This document shows positions 62,938 to 64,000 of a stretch of DNA of 64,000 nucleotides, piece by piece. The notes beneath the pieces are model-generated. The model saw only the letters and a list, made by a program, of their open reading frames with translations. It was not told where the DNA came from and searched no databases. The DNA comes from Tubulanus polymorphus (taxonomy: Eukaryota; Animalia; Nemertea). Both the position numbers and the translations under genes were made by a program. The DNA lies in assembly GCF_964204645.1 (NCBI RefSeq), contig NC_134031.1, forward strand, positions 13,317,807 through 13,381,806. Reading direction: 5' to 3'. Each line of letters starts with the position of its first letter. The first letter of the stretch is position 1.

Positions 62938-63678
62938 TCCTGGGGCCACTTGCTCAGACGTTGATTAAAGATAACATACCAGAGCGTATGTATGGTCTAT
63001 TTTGTTTCATCATATAAACAGATTAACAGATTATTCAAAGAAAGTTTTATCCTGTCTGAAGACATACTGCCTTACGTCCGGATCAATTTATTTCACAAGG
63101 TGAATTAATATGCGGATGAATACATCGCTTAACGTAAACGGGCAACTTGCACCAAGGGTCGGTACCGTAGAGGTCTTAATTCCTTGTTTTGTGCTGGGAA
63201 AATCAGTGGTAGTCTTTAAATTTGAAAGGTAGGCAGACAATGTCCTTGAAAGCCTTTAATTTTTACAGTGACATGAATTATCGCCGAATTGTATGACAGT
63301 GTGGCGTGCGTTTATTCATATTTACTGCATACACATTGCGTGGCAACCGTCGGCGTCTAGATCAGTGTACCTACATTAATGACGTTTTGACGGAGATTCC
63401 TCATTAACGGGGTTCCCTATGCATCGCAACAACCAATTAGAGCAACGCGCGCCTGCTATGGAGTCCCGTCGACAGACTGTTTAGTAATACATTTTCCTTG
63501 CGAAACTTGTAATTTAAATCAATATTGTATGAATAGAAATATTGATTTAAAAATATTTTGCGTTCTAAAATTGATTTTTGGTGCACCAGTGCTTGTTTTA
63601 GTGAATAAAACGTGCATATGAAAATGTGGATGAATTTTACACAAAACTTTTTTCCGTACAGAAAACACCAAACAGGTG

Positions 63679-64000
63679 AGTAATAGGGGTTTAGTTGGTT
63701 CAGGCCAAAGGTCGAACGGTCGAGCTCATTAAAAAATAAATATTGAAAGTAATTTAAAACTATAATATATTTTCATAGCCGTGTGTATTTTATATTATAA
63801 CTAAATATTTATTCTAAGATATTAATAATTTAAATTTTAAAAGCATATTGTATTAAATCAATTGGTCGCTCCGCTTCGCTAAAGCTCCGCTCCGCGACCA
63901 ATTGATTTATTTACAATACACAAATTCATATAATCAAATATATTCAAATAATAATAATTATTCTATTATTTAACTAAAATACACACGTCTATGAAAATAT
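63679..64000 (+). mobile_element. Probable left terminus of a fourth Polinton (D)
   Basis: AGTAATAGGGG start and CCAAAGGTCGAACGGTCGAG at the same offset as in the B and C TIRs; abrupt shift to very AT-rich DNA. Confidence 0.65.

Noticed and set aside
1-64000. Free virus or prokaryotic origin of the contig
   Set aside because: TSD-flanked integrations, LTR elements, a spliceosomal intron and widespread pseudogenisation indicate eukaryotic chromosomal DNA.

Overview
AT-rich eukaryotic DNA, inferred to be from an invertebrate animal (FLYWCH-MULE transposases, a spliceosomal intron, Ty3/Gypsy elements). No recognisable host gene; the window is a nest of mobile elements. It holds three Polinton/Maverick-type (adintovirus-like) endogenous DNA viruses and the probable terminus of a fourth. 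A (1-6395) is a partial, inverted copy of family C. B (13988-36035) has AGT..ACT ends, a 6-bp TSD and an intein-free pPolB. C (41385-58684) is complete with TSD AATGTC and sits inside the env gene of a Gypsy element. D is a terminus at 63679. There are also two Gypsy LTR elements (one with env), two MULE transposons, a CAG..CTG TIR element, Penelope-like fragments and a MITE. Main result: these Polintons carry several poxvirus/giant-virus-like features. (i) A LAGLIDADG intein lies in the YxD/TD catalytic motif of pPolB in A and C, while B carries the empty allele. (ii) A and C encode a poxvirus VLTF3/A2L-like late transcription factor. (iii) Most Polinton genes start at a T-run + TAAATG motif resembling the vaccinia late promoter. 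(iv) B encodes a giant-virus-type HNH nuclease. Together these suggest, by inference only, endogenous virophage-like parasites of a cytoplasmic pox-like virus. All family assignments are by eye from motifs; no searches were run.
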